64,000 nucleotides of DNA from Paramecium tetraurelia (taxonomy: Eukaryota): NCBI GenBank assembly GCA_000165425.1, contig CT868673.1, positions 1 through 64,000 on the forward strand. The letters are read 5' to 3'. The notes beneath the pieces are model-generated. The model worked only from the letters and a program-made list of their open reading frames with translations. It made no database searches and had not been told where the DNA came from. Shown here piece by piece: positions 37,801-53,041 of the stretch (position 1 is the first letter of the stretch; every line of letters starts with the position of its first letter). The translations under genes were made by a program, and so were the position numbers.

Positions 37801-40800
37801 TCTAGCAATTCTTCATCTGACAAGAAGTAAAATCTTGGAAAAGAATTACGTTTTGTTTCTAAATATTCACTCAATGATTTCTAAATCTAATCCAAAGCTT
37901 TATTATCTTAATCAAATTCATTTTTCATCTTATCACTCTCTACTCCATCCCATAAATTTGGTTCTTTGCTAAATTGTTCCATGACTGTTCTCCAATGCGA
38001 ATCCACCTTCTAAAACTTTAGTGTTTCCTAAGGCATCTTCTTCTTGATATCATCAGATGTAAAGATTGGTTCTAAATACATCCAACCTCTTTAACATTTT
38101 ATCCATCCATCCAATGTATCTTGTATCAATACTATTTTATATTCTAAAGCTTAAGCCTTATGTAAAACTGCCTTTATTTATGGTTATGCCTTTAACATCA
38201 ATAAGATATTGAATTAATCATCAAAGCATTAGACTACTTCTTCAAGAGACTTTAATACAAATGTTCCAGTCTTCTTATATGGGATCATCTCAACCTTTTA
38301 ATCTTTCAACTTTTCTTGTATTAAATTTAGATTCTTTTCAATTTACCATTGTTTTTCTGCCCTTCTTGAAACTTCCTCAATGTCACTTCTATGATTCATC
38401 AAACCATGTGAGACAAGTGTATCTAACGATAGGTCATCATTTGTTTCTTAATCAACAATTCCAACAATCTTCCAAATATCCTTCCACATATTCAATTTAA
38501 TTTTCATGGCTTCTGTAGTAAGTAATTCAATTAACCATAACTTTTCTTTAAACTCATCAATTTGGGTCTTAAGTTTTCTAGCCACTTCAACAGCAGTATC
38601 ATCTCCAGTATCTGAGAATGCCTTAATGAGGATATTGACATTTCTTTAATTAGTCCTAACTTTAGAATCTATTTCGGTAAAGTTTAGTTTTAAAAATGAT
38701 CCAGTACACCAATCTCCCTTTTCCATTTCAAATTCAATGAAATACGTCCATAAATTATAGTAAATAGCAAAGTTCTTAATTAATTATTCCAATTCATCAT
38801 AGACAGATTCTGGTGATTTAAATAATCTTTCTCTTTCATTAAAGGACTCAACTTTTTCCTTAGCCTTCTATAGCCTTTCATTTAATAACATAACTTCAGT
38901 GGCATTTTCTTTTGCTTTTGTGTAATCATCAAATTTCTATACTGTGAGATATAACTCAGCTAATTCTCTTAATTCCCCTTAAAACTTATCCTTTTCATTA
39001 TCCAAATTTTCTATGAACTTTTACTCCTAAAGATTGGCTTTCCTTTATCCTTCTATGACATGATTCTTAATTTCAGGTGGGAAACTATACAAATTCCAAA
39101 ATTCATAAAGATTTTTGTCTTCAAATGTATGGTTCATTTCCTCAAATATTGTCAAATAATCATATAAGCAATCAACCTCTTGTTTCTTTTTGGCTAGATT
39201 AACTTCATGTTCAGCAATGTAGGTCTTTAATTCAACTAATTCTGCCTCATTTTTTGGTTACTTTGTGATTCTTTCACTCATATCATTATACTCAACACTA
39301 AGACGACTAATGTTGTCTGTCACTATTTCTGAGCATTGTTTCAAAATAGAAGACACAAATTCATTTGCCTTTTAAATTAAATTTTCCTTGGCAATTCTAG
39401 TTTTTATCTAAAAGAATTATTCATTCTTTTCATCCAAACACAACCTTTGTATTTACAATTTAGCATTGATAAAATCATTCAATTTCTTTTAGATCTCATC
39501 CTTATCCAAAGATGTTATGATTGGTTTCTTAGAAATATCTCCAAATAAACTTTTTAATATGCTTGAAACTGGCTTTTCTAAAAGAAAGCTGTATTCTCTA
39601 AAACGGTGTAGCATTTCATTTGGTTTCTGAAAACCTATTTCAATGTACTCCAAAACTTTGTCTCTTGCCCACTTAACCCAAATTTAATCCTAATCATTTT
39701 CTATTTCATAGGCTCTTAATCTCCCTTTAACCTCCTTTTTTTAATCAATATCAACAAGAGGAACAAGATCCTTTTCTAGACGATTAAATGAATTAACTGA
39801 TTCTAACAGTAGATCTAATGGTTTCAAGAGAGCAGCTTAGATAGATTATAAGCTTGGAGAATAATATATAGCATTAGTGGGATCTTCCTCAAATAATGGA
39901 GTATCATCTTGTTTGACCTTTTTTTCGTTTTTCTTACTTCTTTTGAAACTAAGATTGACTTCAAGATTAAGAATCATAAGTGGGTAGTCATTAATCCTCC
40001 AATATTCTCCTTATTTTGGAGTAGTAAATTTCTTAATAAAATCAACCCAAGCTATACAATTCTATTTAACTACATTCTCTCTTATATAATTAGTAAACAT
40101 GTAATCAATTCTTATAAGTAACTTTTATAAGTCACTATCTAGATAATCTTCAGTTTCAGTCTAATAGAATCTATACTTTTCTCTTAATTTATCTTGAATG
40201 TCACCAACAATGGTACTTCTCCATTGCACCTATAGAGTTTATCTTCCTTGCACTTAATGTTGTTTTTGTTGACTTTCAAAATTGGATAGAGTCATAGGAA
40301 GCGATTGGTGATTCAATAATACATTTAACAAGGGGAAGTTTTGGTACAATTGAGATCTTGCAGTTAAGGCATTAAGAGTATTGACAACAACAGTCAATTT
40401 GGAATAATGTAATGATTAGATCACTTATCTCGTAGGAACAAATGCCCAATAATCTTATTAGTTATTAAATGATTTAGCTGATTGAGCCTATGATTCATAA
40501 GTGATGATCTTTGTATCGCTTCCAAACTATTTGCACAATCCATAGAATGGTTTTTTGACCTATTCAAATCTATTTCTGATTCTGAGTTGAATCCATTTAA
40601 TATCATTTTTATTAATTTCCATGTCTTTTAGAATAGAACATTTCTTCATGAGCATTATGTACTCTTTTTCTACTTGTTTGACTAGATCTTTTTTAAGAAT
40701 ATCCAAATTTTGTAACTGTTTTCTCTTTATTTCTGGGTCAGTAATCATAGTTTTTGATTCATCCTTCAAAGTTTGTATTTATGGAAATCCAGGAGCTGTT

Positions 40801-42032
40801 TTGCTAGGATCCTCTTTTGTTATATAAGGTAATTCTCTGAAATAGGTGAAATCATCTATCTTCTTCTGCATTTCAGTAGATAAAATAGATGTCATTGAAT
40901 CAGGCAAAGAATCGATGTATTTAAGAAATCGATATTCATCATCAGCATTTCTTTATCTTTATTTACATAATTCAACTCTCTATTCAAACTTAATGGGATC
41001 TTCAGCAAAGAATAATAGGGATAGTCTTCCAATCCATTTGATCTTGTTACTTCTCAACACCTTCACTTCATAGCGTCCATCTTGATAACTAAGAACTTCA
41101 ACGTCTGTCCAAATGTATTTGTCTGAATGATCAAAAAGAGGACACCTGGCATGTGGAGGATTGATTTTACGACATAATTCAATCCATTGTTCAGGAGTTT
41201 TGTCTTCATCCCAACAATCGTAATCCTTCAATTTTTTATTGGCCATTCTACCTCCATTGGAGAAATTTTTATTTTTTGGAATGTCCTCTGGTTACGAGTC
41301 ATCATCATCTAATTATTGAATTAAGTATATTACACATCTAAAATTCAGTGAATTCTTCTCCCAAAGTTCCTTTGACTTCCACATCGAAATTCCTGCCTGA
41401 ATTTATAAAATTGGGAATGAAATTTGACCTTTTGGAGTTGAATTAAGAATCCATGTCAAATTTCAATGTATTGGATGGAGAATTAAAATTAAGTGAAATC
41501 AAATTTTTGATCTAACCAGTAAGCAATGGCACTTAACTTTTGACCTATCGATTAATACGTAGGTTTGTCTATTTGTGAATATATATATTAGAATTACCTT
41601 TTTCTTCATCCCAAATTATGAACTAGTTAGAGTGCCATCTATAGGCTGTAAGTTGTCTCTATCGTTCAATAGATTCATCACAAGTTTCCTTGAATATATG
41701 TGAGTCACAATACCTTGGGTCTTGAGTTTCAGTTTCTTTTTTAATCCTTTCCTCTACTTCCTAATGTTCCTTAAAGGCTGATTGAAAATCAAAGGAAGGG
41801 GTATTGATTTTTTATATTGGGCCTAAATACTCCATCATTTTATATTACCTAAAGTTCTCTTACCCTTCGAATGCATTTCTTTTTGTTTCTAAATTAAAAT
41901 AATAAATTACAGAAATACATTTTTAATGAGTTTTTCAGAGGATTTAGAAGACAAAAAAGTAATCAAACAGACACCTTAAGCAGACCTAGATTAACTGTCA
42001 CTCAATTATAATTAAACTGATTGGTGTTTCAT
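28894..42032 (-). CDS. Axonemal inner-arm dynein heavy chain (DNAH1-like single-headed group)
   Basis: [49 protein letters not shown], further P-loops ([24 protein letters not shown]), C-terminal [19 protein letters not shown]-terminal LFFAEDP resembles DNAH1. Start ambiguous (41920 or 42032); one apparent +1 frameshift near 32930. Confidence 0.95.
29334..29359 (-). other. Example of a tiny spliceosomal intron (26 nt)
   Basis: GTATTTAATTATTTAATCATCATTAG interrupts the conserved dynein QNFARK|YQIPID motif; dozens of similar 20-30 nt GT..AG introns occur across the window. Confidence 0.9.
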
Positions 42033-42650
42033 AATTGATATAGCATAATTATATAATACATGATTATGAATGCTCTAAATATGGTTGGAGTTCATGAATC
42101 TAAATAAATAGAGAGAAGAAATGTGAAATAAATAGAGAAAGATATATAATGCATGTAGTAATTTAATCAATGTAATGAAATTGAAGATCATAATGGTATA
42201 ATTGAGATCATCTCAAAATAGAATTAAATGATTAATTATATGTCAAATGAATTTTATTTACTTAAATCAAAGTATAACCTTAATAAGAAATCATTTTATC
42301 GAATGAAATATTAATACCATGATGGCCAACTAAATTGTTGAAATATTAATGAGAACCTATCAATTATCAGAGACTTTTTCATAATCTCAAATGGAGCAAC
42401 ATGAATACCAATAATAAACAAATAAAATAGATTCTCTGTCAAAATAGGAAATTGTTATATTACAACAATTGTAATTGATAATTTACAATTTACAAGAAAA
42501 TTCTGTAAAATTGGAACATTAACGATCCTACTATTACCTATACTATTGGTTACTGACTGCAAAAAGAAAAGAAAATAAAAAATAAGTTAAGGAATTAACT
42601 GCTTTTTGTATTTAAGAAACATTGAAATAATTTTTATTTTTACTTATTAA

Positions 42651-44789
42651 ATGGGAACATCTGCTCCAGCATATATGAATTCTACCTCTTTCTTCAAGAC
42701 ATTTAAGAGCTAGTTTAGACCAATAGAGATTTCTGGAGAGAAGGTTGATGGACAAGTCTACATTTGTGATGCTAATTAAGAGATGATAATTGAATACCCA
42801 ACAAGAATAATTGATGAGGAGACAGATGAACTCTGGCATTAATCATAATCTATGATTTATAGTATATAGGCACCATACATTATCAATTATTATGGGAGTT
42901 CAGAAAAACAATCGAAAGAAATGTGTTCATCCTATTCCATGATTTTCAGTTATTACGAATATGTTCCTCATAATTTGTTGAAGTATTTCATAATATTTAA
43001 GATAGAGAGATTAATGAAAGGAAGGAAAACTAAGAACAATTCTCAGAAAAAGAGATTTGGTATTTGTTATGGTCTTTGACACAAGCCCTTTTTGAACTCA
43101 AATAAAAAGGCTATAATCACAAAGACTTAAGACCAGCCACAGTGGGACTAAAAAGAAACGGTGTAGTTAAGCTCTGTCCAATCGGGGTTTTGTAAGATCA
43201 AAAAAACTCAGTCGCCAGATTTGTAGTTGAAAATTTATAGACTTATCTACCCACTGCATTAAAAAAATAACTTATCGATCAATAACAACTTCAAATCAAT
43301 TGGAATAAAATAGATTCGTTTGCTTTAGGACATATAATTCTTGATCTCATGATACTTGATGTACCCGTTTTAATTGAACCTTAACAAATTGCTTAGCTAT
43401 AAGTTTTATGTTATAATCGCTTCTCATAGCAATTAATCCGAATAACTGAGCATCTAATGTTAGAAACTGATAATTAACTCTTGGTGTAGGATCTATTCTA
43501 TATGTTGAAACCATATTCAGAAAAAATTAATAACTTACAAGACTTTTAAATAAATTTTGAAGATATCAAGCAATAATCCATTCCCATAAATAACATGTCT
43601 AAACTAAAGATAAAGTAAATTATTGAAAACTCAAACAGGCATTCAGAAATACTCTACGAATCTTAATAGCTTGATAATAATAGATAGCAACAATAATTGA
43701 AAATCAATACTCAATAATAACAACAATTAATATTAGAGTAGTAACCATAGCAATTATTCTAATCAAAATAATAGTAGATTCAACAATAAACTACTTCAAA
43801 TTTACAATAATAAATTTAATAATAATTATAATAACCGAATTTAACCTAATAAACAACAATTATCTAGTAACCAACAATACCATAACAAATTATTACATAC
43901 ACTCCTTAATAGCAATAACAGATCTTAACTTAAAAATAAAGCATCATATAATTATAAAACTAAAACTTAATCTAATAACAACCCCAAAATATCATACAAT
44001 AATAATAAGTATCTCCTTAGAAACACGTAATAATTCCAAGAGTTCCATAATAGACGGTGTCGCAAATTCAAAGTCCAGATTTAAGAAAGTCAGGATCTCC
44101 TTAACCTTAATAATTTGTAAATCAGTAACCTCAACTACTCTAACGTTTGTTGATGTAATCTTAATAGATTCCAAAACCTTAATAAATAGTTTCTTAATTA
44201 CCTCCATAATAATTATAACAATAGCTTATAAGAACTCCTAGATCACCAGATGATTAAATCAAAATACGATAATCGTATTATCAACCATTAAGTCCACCTC
44301 CTCCTTTATAACAATTATAAAATGTCTATATCACCCCACCACCTCCTAATATTTTACAATAGCAACCACAACCGCCTAATATTTTATAATAGCAACCAAT
44401 ACAAAGACCAATTATCTAACAATCTGCACCTATATAATTACCTATAATTTATTTGAACCGACCTCCTGCTCCTAACAATTACAATTAAATACCTCCTGGA
44501 GACAAAATTCCAGTGAAATTAGCACAAACCTTAGTTCCAATGGTAAGAGAATTCTGATAATTAATACTAGAACGACTAATTTGATAGAGAAATTACAGTT
44601 TTGGAATATAAACCATAAGGAAATCAACCATTGAAGGCATCTAACTAAATTCCATAGCAAGAATTTCCAGAATCTTCACCTCAAGCAGGATAAGTAAAAT
44701 AATTGATTAATTGTTAGCCTAACAATTTTGATAGAATTCGTAACGTAATTTAAGATTCAGATGATTTGTTGTCATATTAGCAAAAATGA
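42651..44789 (+). CDS. Kinase-fold protein (likely pseudokinase) with long Gln/Pro-rich tail
   Basis: MGTSAP start; YIINYYG, KEIWYLLWSLTQAL, YNHKDLRPATV, VKLCPIG, KIDSFALG; one intron near 42984; Q/P-rich C-terminal half. Confidence 0.8.
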
Positions 44790-45064
44790 ATAAACTTAAC
44801 ATTATATTTATTAAGTAGATACAGTCAAATTATAATTCTTTATATTAATTTAAAATTGAATTTTCCATATAAAAATGATCAGTTCTTTTTCGTTTTTTGT
44901 TAGTTGTTCTGCAAGAGTTGTGCGTATTTATTAAGTTGTTATGTGGATTATTGATTAATCATCAATATAACTAATAGATGATGTGTATAAATAATATTAA
45001 ATATTAGATTTTCTTATAAAAAATGAGTATTTCTTGAAATGAAATGAAAGCATATAAATATCAA

Positions 45065-45487
45065 TCACATTTTAATAAAGAACTTCTCGTTTAGATGTAT
45101 TTTTAGAGAAATTCTATCTTCAAATAAGATTAACTATTTAACTAACTCTAGATCTTAATTTGTTCGACTTAATAAAGTAAAGAACTCGTCTAGATGTTAA
45201 GCATTTCTTCCAAATTTCCTACGGAATTATTTGTATATTTCGTTAATCCTTTACATATCTTCATTAGAAGTAGAATTCCATATCTTATAATGTGATAAAT
45301 TCGATTTTTTAAATTCAATCTATTTTCTGTTTAGAAGAGTAGGAGGGAGTATTGCTTGATGCTTCTTACCTATGGGAACATCATCTTTTTGAGCTTTAAG
45401 CATATTAGCAACATCAGGTGATAAAGAAAACTTCTAAGCTGGTGAGTTAATATCACTCATTTATGTTATATTGCTAGATTGTGACAT
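45065..45487 (-). CDS. Small ELM2-like domain protein
   Basis: VPIGKKHQAILP...KIWN resembles the ELM2 signature (VG..YQA.IP...W); intronless ORF of about 140 aa. Confidence 0.55.
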
Positions 45488-45598
45488 TGTATAAATGAAT
45501 ATAATTATATATATTAATTTTATTATTGATTTAATAATGCATTAATGAATACCATAGGATTAGATAATTTGTATATATATATATCTATATTATATAAT

Positions 45599-46888
<1,290 letters not shown>

Positions 46889-47001
46889 TTAATTTCAAAA
46901 TTATTTAATTAATCATACTGGCGACACAAATTGTCATCCTTATAAAGAAAGATAAAAAAAAATAAAATATATTTATATATGGACTTGGTGTGGATGCTTT
47001 T

Positions 47002-47681
47002 TCAGTTTTTCTCCTGGTCTATTTTTTACTGCAGCGAATGATGGAAAGATGTAGCTTCCTGATATATGTAGAAAATTTTAATTCAACTTCAATTTTTTTG
47101 CGAGTCTCCTATAACAATTCTTCAGTTTGTTTCTTCTGCGATTCCAGCTACTATTTTAATTGGCGCTTTCTCTCCACCTCAATTTCGAGGTCCTATTCCA
47201 ACAATTTATATGAGTGAGGCAAATCTCTTAAGCCCTTTAGATTTTCAGATTGGATGTATTTTGTGTAAGCGTGATGCACCTCAACACCACTCTCTTGATA
47301 CTTGTGCAATACAACTATTCCGATGTATATTTTGAATACCCAATTTCTCTCGATCAACCTATTGATTGTATTTCTCATCCTCCAACTATCTAATTGCTTC
47401 TGCCTTAAGCCCAATTAAATGTTGCATAGACAACAATGAGTCCCTGAGGAGAGGATCAATGAAACATACATTTTAATTGTAATCTAATTGATAATTTAGA
47501 AATTTACTTCTTCTCTTTAAATCCCAAACTTTCTATTGTAGAGTTTTAAAAAATAATTTCAGATCTTTCAACTCCTAGGTCTTCTGATCCTCAATTATTT
47601 GCAGTTCATATTTCAACCCCTATTTCAGAATAACATCGATCTTACATTTAGAGCGTCTAAATTAGTATTGTTCTTTATCAT
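47002..47681 (-). CDS. Coiled-coil protein, weakly WTAP/Mum2-like
   Basis: Four introns (about 26, 24, 25 and 29 nt) give an open frame MIKNNTNLDALN...FIDPLLRDSLLSMQHLI...LEQDLEIE...DQEKN-TGA. Confidence 0.6.
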
Positions 47682-47723
47682 TATTAATTTAATATAAATA
47701 TATATATATTATTATTATCATTT

Positions 47724-49385
47724 TCACTATTAATTAATATTTCTTCTTTTATTGAATTGCTATATTGGATTCTCCTGTAATAAATCTAATTCCTTCTATT
47801 TGGAGAACCCATTCATCTATTGAGGTCTGAAGTAGTTCAGATTTAAATAAGGAGTTGTGGAAATTTATTAGGTGAAAGTTTGATTGGATGTAGCTCCCAC
47901 TTGATCTTCGTTCTATTGAATAAATTGATCGTTGTTCCAAAATGGAGACTGCATCATAGACCCAAGCAAAAATGGAGATGTAGAATTCACCTTGTAAATA
48001 TTAGCCATTTTTGGTAATTATAATGACGAATTCTAATGACATTCCACCTCTTCAATCATTCCAGGAGACAATTATCTCAAGCATTGATTTTCAAAATACT
48101 AATAGCCTGGGGAAGTTAAGCATTATAACATCATCAATGGAGTTGCATTTTTCATATCCTCCTAATTAAAAGTGGATTACAAGTTTAATGCCAACTTCAT
48201 TTCTTCCTAATTAAAATTCATCTACTATTATAACTGCTACAACTATTGCAATTATTAAGTTTGTTGCATCTATTATTACATTTACAATTGTTAGGATTGT
48301 GTAAATAACTATTATTATGGTGCCTATTATTGTTATTATACGAGAGGTTATTGGGATAGTTGTTCTTCTTACTTTATTATTTTAGGAATATTTTTTTGTT
48401 TCTTTGCTTCTGCTTTTTGTTCCTTATTTCTCATTCCCTTTTTGTGTCTTCCCCTTTTACCAATTATACCTTGCTTATTAGAATCCATGTGAGCAGAACT
48501 ACTTAGCAATTTATTACTTACTTTTTTCTTATGTACTATTTGATCATCTCTATTTCATCGCATTCATCATCCTTGCAGATTTTATGTATTAATGACTTGT
48601 ATCTTATGTAATTGTGTAATTCAATTACCTATTTTTCACCTGATTCTCAGTTCTTCCATTCAATTACTATGAAATTTGAGACCACTTTTTCCCATTTTTC
48701 ACAACGTTATTTAATATAATCAAATCTTCTTTGAGCAACCATTGTTCCCTATAAATAGACATAACAAATTACTTATTTAATTCAGGATTCAAATAATTCA
48801 TCCATCGCTCTCTAATTTGTTTTGGAGTTCGAATATTCCCTTGCAAACTCCTCTCATAAAGAGACACGGCAATCTAAGTCCATATGTGCTTATTCTTTTA
48901 ACTATTATACTCTAAGTAATCCTAACTTACTTCATTTGATTCTTTATGAAATCGTCCTCCTCCTACAACCAATTGATAGATTTCATCTGAGGATTAATCA
49001 ATGTAATCCACCTTTACTGTAAAGCATGCTTATCTATTTTCAGAATGTTTTCAAAATTAATCCAATCATTCTCACCCTAACATATAATGAGTTAAACTTC
49101 TACCGGTCGTATTGTTATTTGATTTTACTTCTCGAAATATTTAACTAGAAACCATATCAAAAATAGTTTAAAGGAATTATCCCATTTTCTTTTGCTCCTT
49201 AATTTTTCATCTTCCAAAAAGCTAGTTTTAAAAACTCTAGAAAACCTTTTGCAAATCTGATCAAACTTCTTATTATGCGGGTAGATGAACTCCCCTCTAA
49301 TCTTGAATTGTTTTCGGTAATCTTCAGAAATAGGAGTCTATTGTTTTTCACCTAAGCTATGAAAGAAAGTCTGAAATTCATCCAT
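47724..49385 (-). CDS. Myb-repeat transcription factor
   Basis: QQRWITLINP, RTPKQIRERWMNYLNP, GKKWSQISQQLNGRTENQVKNR; Gln-rich C-terminus; several introns. Confidence 0.9.
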
Positions 49386-50384
49386 TTTTAATTATAATTA
49401 TAAGATTGAGAATTTTATTTAATCTAAGCAAACCCAAACTATTAATAGAAACAAAAAAATAGAGTGATCAACCTAAATGCCACATCGAACTCACAGAGCC
49501 TCAATTAAGTATATCATATTGCCTTAAAAATAAACACAAATAACTCCTCACTAAATATAGAAATTTATTTCTGATTAATCTTCCATTTAAAATCGAACAG
49601 TAATCGTTAAACATGTGTCTTAGTCACTTGATTTACATATAACCCTTCAACTCTACCAAACTATTGACTTAATACTTAATCAGTCTCAATCAGAATGATC
49701 GAGTGGTTTGTGAACATATTGATTGATTTGTTTAATCTCTATAAATAAATTCTTAAATTTCATTTTTAAGAATTAGAAAATTTTAAGAAATCTAAGAAAT
49801 AATGTATGAGCAAAATGATCTCACAAATACGAAATTTTAAGATTAACTATTTTTAAACTATAAATAACTATTAGTATATCATGGTAGGAAATTATAAATA
49901 AAGCTATGATTATCTTAATATCAAATTCATCATATAATTATTAGTACTAATCTCTATCAGAATACACATTATTGTTATTTATTCAATTATATTTGAGACT
50001 TTATATGGCATCAGCAATATTCTAAATTTGACTTAAAAGAGATAGTTTCTAAAATGATATTACTTTTTAGTAACAATTTTCCTTAGAAAGTTCCATTCTG
50101 TAATAACATTATCAAAGGATATTATTTTTGTCATGTGTACCTTTAAAATTCAATATTCAACAACACTGAAATTATAATTTTGAGATATCATTCCAATACT
50201 TTGTACACTTAGATGAAAATTGAATATACAGATATTTAAAGTATATTTGGAATGTTTATGATTTCCTCATTAGGATTGATAGAAGGAAGATTAAGGATAC
50301 TCCTTCATTATGCGGTTATTAATTGTATATTGATCATTTTAGATAATATTTAATATATATTATTATATTTATTATATACAAAAA

Positions 50385-52349
50385 ATGAAACAACCTTCTG
50401 CAGATATTCTTGAGATGGAACATGCAATTGGATATAGTGGAAGAGTAAAATTGAATATAAATATAAGATACCTCGAAGTGTGATCTTGCATCCAAATGGA
50501 GTGGAATTCATTTGTATTGCTGGAGCATCTTTAATAATAACTGATTTAAGAGATGCTCACAAATAATCATTTTTATAAGGACATGATGATTAAATCACAT
50601 GTTTAGCAGTTTCAAACAAAGGTGAATTGGTTGCATCAGGATAAAAAGGAGATAACTCTGATGTTATTATTTGGGATTATCATAGAAAAATTCAAAAATA
50701 TAGATTATCAGAACATGATTATGAAGTAGTATGCGTAGATTTTAGTCATGATGATAGACTGCTCTTCTCATCAGGCAACCCTATGGATAAAAGAATATTC
50801 ATTTGGGATTGCTAAACAGGATATATAGTAGGGTCAGTCAATCATACTCCTGAGCCAACAACAATAGCAAGATGGGGTGGATTTGCTAAAGATATTAAAG
50901 GCAGAGATACACCAAAATATCAATTTGCAACATCTGGAAATAAATAAATATGTTTATGGAAATTGGACCCCAAATTAGGAGTATTTGAGAAAGAAATAAT
51001 TAATACAGGAAATTTGGTGAGAGATTACATTTGCATGGAATTTTCAAAAAATAGAGAGGAGTATCTTTTGTTAGGTACAACATCAGGAGACTTTTGTGTA
51101 TTCTAGATGAAAAACAAGTAATATAATTGCATTTATTAATTAAATAGATTTTTCAGTCATTAAATTGTAGTTGCTGCTTTGGGAGTAATGTCAATAAGAT
51201 TCGTGGATTTCACAAGATTTATAGTGGGAGCAGGTAATGGTACTCTAGCAATGTATTAGATTACAGAAGATAATAAAGTACACTATTATTATAATTTAGA
51301 TAAATTAATTACATAAAACTGATTTAGGAGGAGCAGTTAATTCAATAACAGTAAGAGTAGATGGTTTAGAGAGTTTGATTTCAACAGACAGAGGACTGAT
51401 TTTTAGATTCAATACAAACAGCTTTTAGAAAGGATTACATAGTGAAAATCATACAGGATCAATCTTGGATATGAGTTATCCACCAGGAGTTTCTGACAGA
51501 TTTGCATCAGCTTCTGAAGATGGAACCATCAGACTTTGGGACATTAGTGAATATTATGTAATTGCTAAATGTTAAGCAAATGTCAATGTTGTTCCATTAA
51601 GTTTAGTTTATAGAGATGAAGTATTATTAAGTGGATGGGCTGATGGTAAAATTAGAATGTTCAGATCTGATAATGGTTAATAAATTTGGTAGATTGATAA
51701 TGCTCATAAAACAGGAGTGACTACACTTTGCATCTCGAATAATTTGAAATTCTTCTGTAGTGGTGGAGGTGAAGGAGATGTTAGAGTTTGGGAAATGAGA
51801 ACCAGAGAAATGGTATCACATTTGAAAGAACACACTCATAAAGTTACTAAAGTTAAATTGATTGCTAATGAAACACAATTACTGACTTCATCTCGTGATA
51901 GAGCTTTGTTGCAATGGGATTTGAAGACTGAAAAAAGAATTAGTGCTCATATTCAAAGAATGGGTGGAATTAATTCTTTTGACACTGTTCCTAATACTTC
52001 AGTTGTTTTTAGTACTGGATAAGATAGGAAAATTTCACTTTGGGATCTTAATTAAAGTGAAGTCTAGAGATAATTTGAAACAAGTGGGAATCCAAAAAAA
52101 GGTTAGAAATTTATTTTAATTTAAGGTGATGAATGTTATTCAATTTGTCTTTCCCCCAATTTTAAATATGCTGTCACTGGAGGATCTAATTGTTCAGTTA
52201 AATTATGGGATCTATAGACTGGGTAGCAAATCTCAGAAGGATTTGGACATTCTGGACCAGTCAATACTGTACAATTTGCTCCAGATGGGAAATAAGTTAT
52301 TTCAGGTGCATAAGATGGTGTTGTTATTGTGTGGAATGTGTTCATATGA
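50385..52349 (+). CDS. CFAP52: WD40-repeat ciliary protein, CFAP52/WDR16-like
   Basis: LEMEHAIGYSG, LHPNG, QSFLQGHDDQITCLAVS, VASGQ, ILSGWADGKIR, IDNAHKTGVT; multiple WD repeats; four small introns. Confidence 0.8.
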
Positions 52350-52453
52350 CATCATATCAAATATATTATATTAATCAATTCAAATTTATTTATACTAATA
52401 GAATCAAATAAACTGGTTATTAAAACTAAATAAAGTCAATTAATTAAATAAAC

Positions 52454-53041
52454 ATGCTCAAAAGACCTCCTGTTCCCAAATTTCATGAAGAATGCAATAC
52501 TCCAAAGAGGAATTAGGATATGTACGAATTGATTTCCGACATTGTTTTCAAAATGAATCTAGATGATTAAGTAGAAAAAAAATCAATCTCCATCTTTAAT
52601 GATTTATCCATTCCGAATTCCTATATGCACGCATAAGCATTAGTCTATTGTGCGATGAGTGAGTTACAATACAAAGTACCTGAAGCAGATGAGAAGCTCC
52701 TAAACTTGGCTAAATGTATTTAATAACAACATTCATCTTTGATTACAACTCTTTGCAAAAATCTCAAAATAGATTCAAAAGCTACAACTGTTTGTGTTAC
52801 TCTCTTGAGATAAATATAGCCTCTCATCTAAAAATTGCCAAAATCTCTTTAAAATGCTATTGCAGTAAAAATAGCCACTGATATCATATATCTGAAACAA
52901 GGTGGTATCAATATTAGGTTGATTGCATACTAAGCGAATATTACTCCATAATAGTTACAAACCAGCATTAATAGAATTAGACCATTTGCTTTCTAAATCA
53001 TATAGGATCTGTTCAATTATTTTAATCATCATTCTATTTGA
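52454..53041 (+). CDS. TFIIB/cyclin-fold-like protein without Zn ribbon
   Basis: Two helical repeats: ISDIVFKMNLDDQVEKKSISIF...ALVYCAM and ITTLCKNLKIDSKATTVC...AIAVKIA...IRLIAYQANIT; intronless. Confidence 0.55.

Noticed and set aside
29751..41073. Plus-strand ORFs within the dynein gene
   Set aside because: Antisense artefacts with no independent motifs.
41926..42063. Short plus-strand ORF head-to-head with dynein
   Set aside because: About 45 codons, no room for a promoter, overlaps the probable dynein 5' end.
43680..44500. CAA/TAA/TAG-rich tract as a DNA satellite or stop-codon array
   Set aside because: It is poly-Gln coding sequence under the ciliate code.
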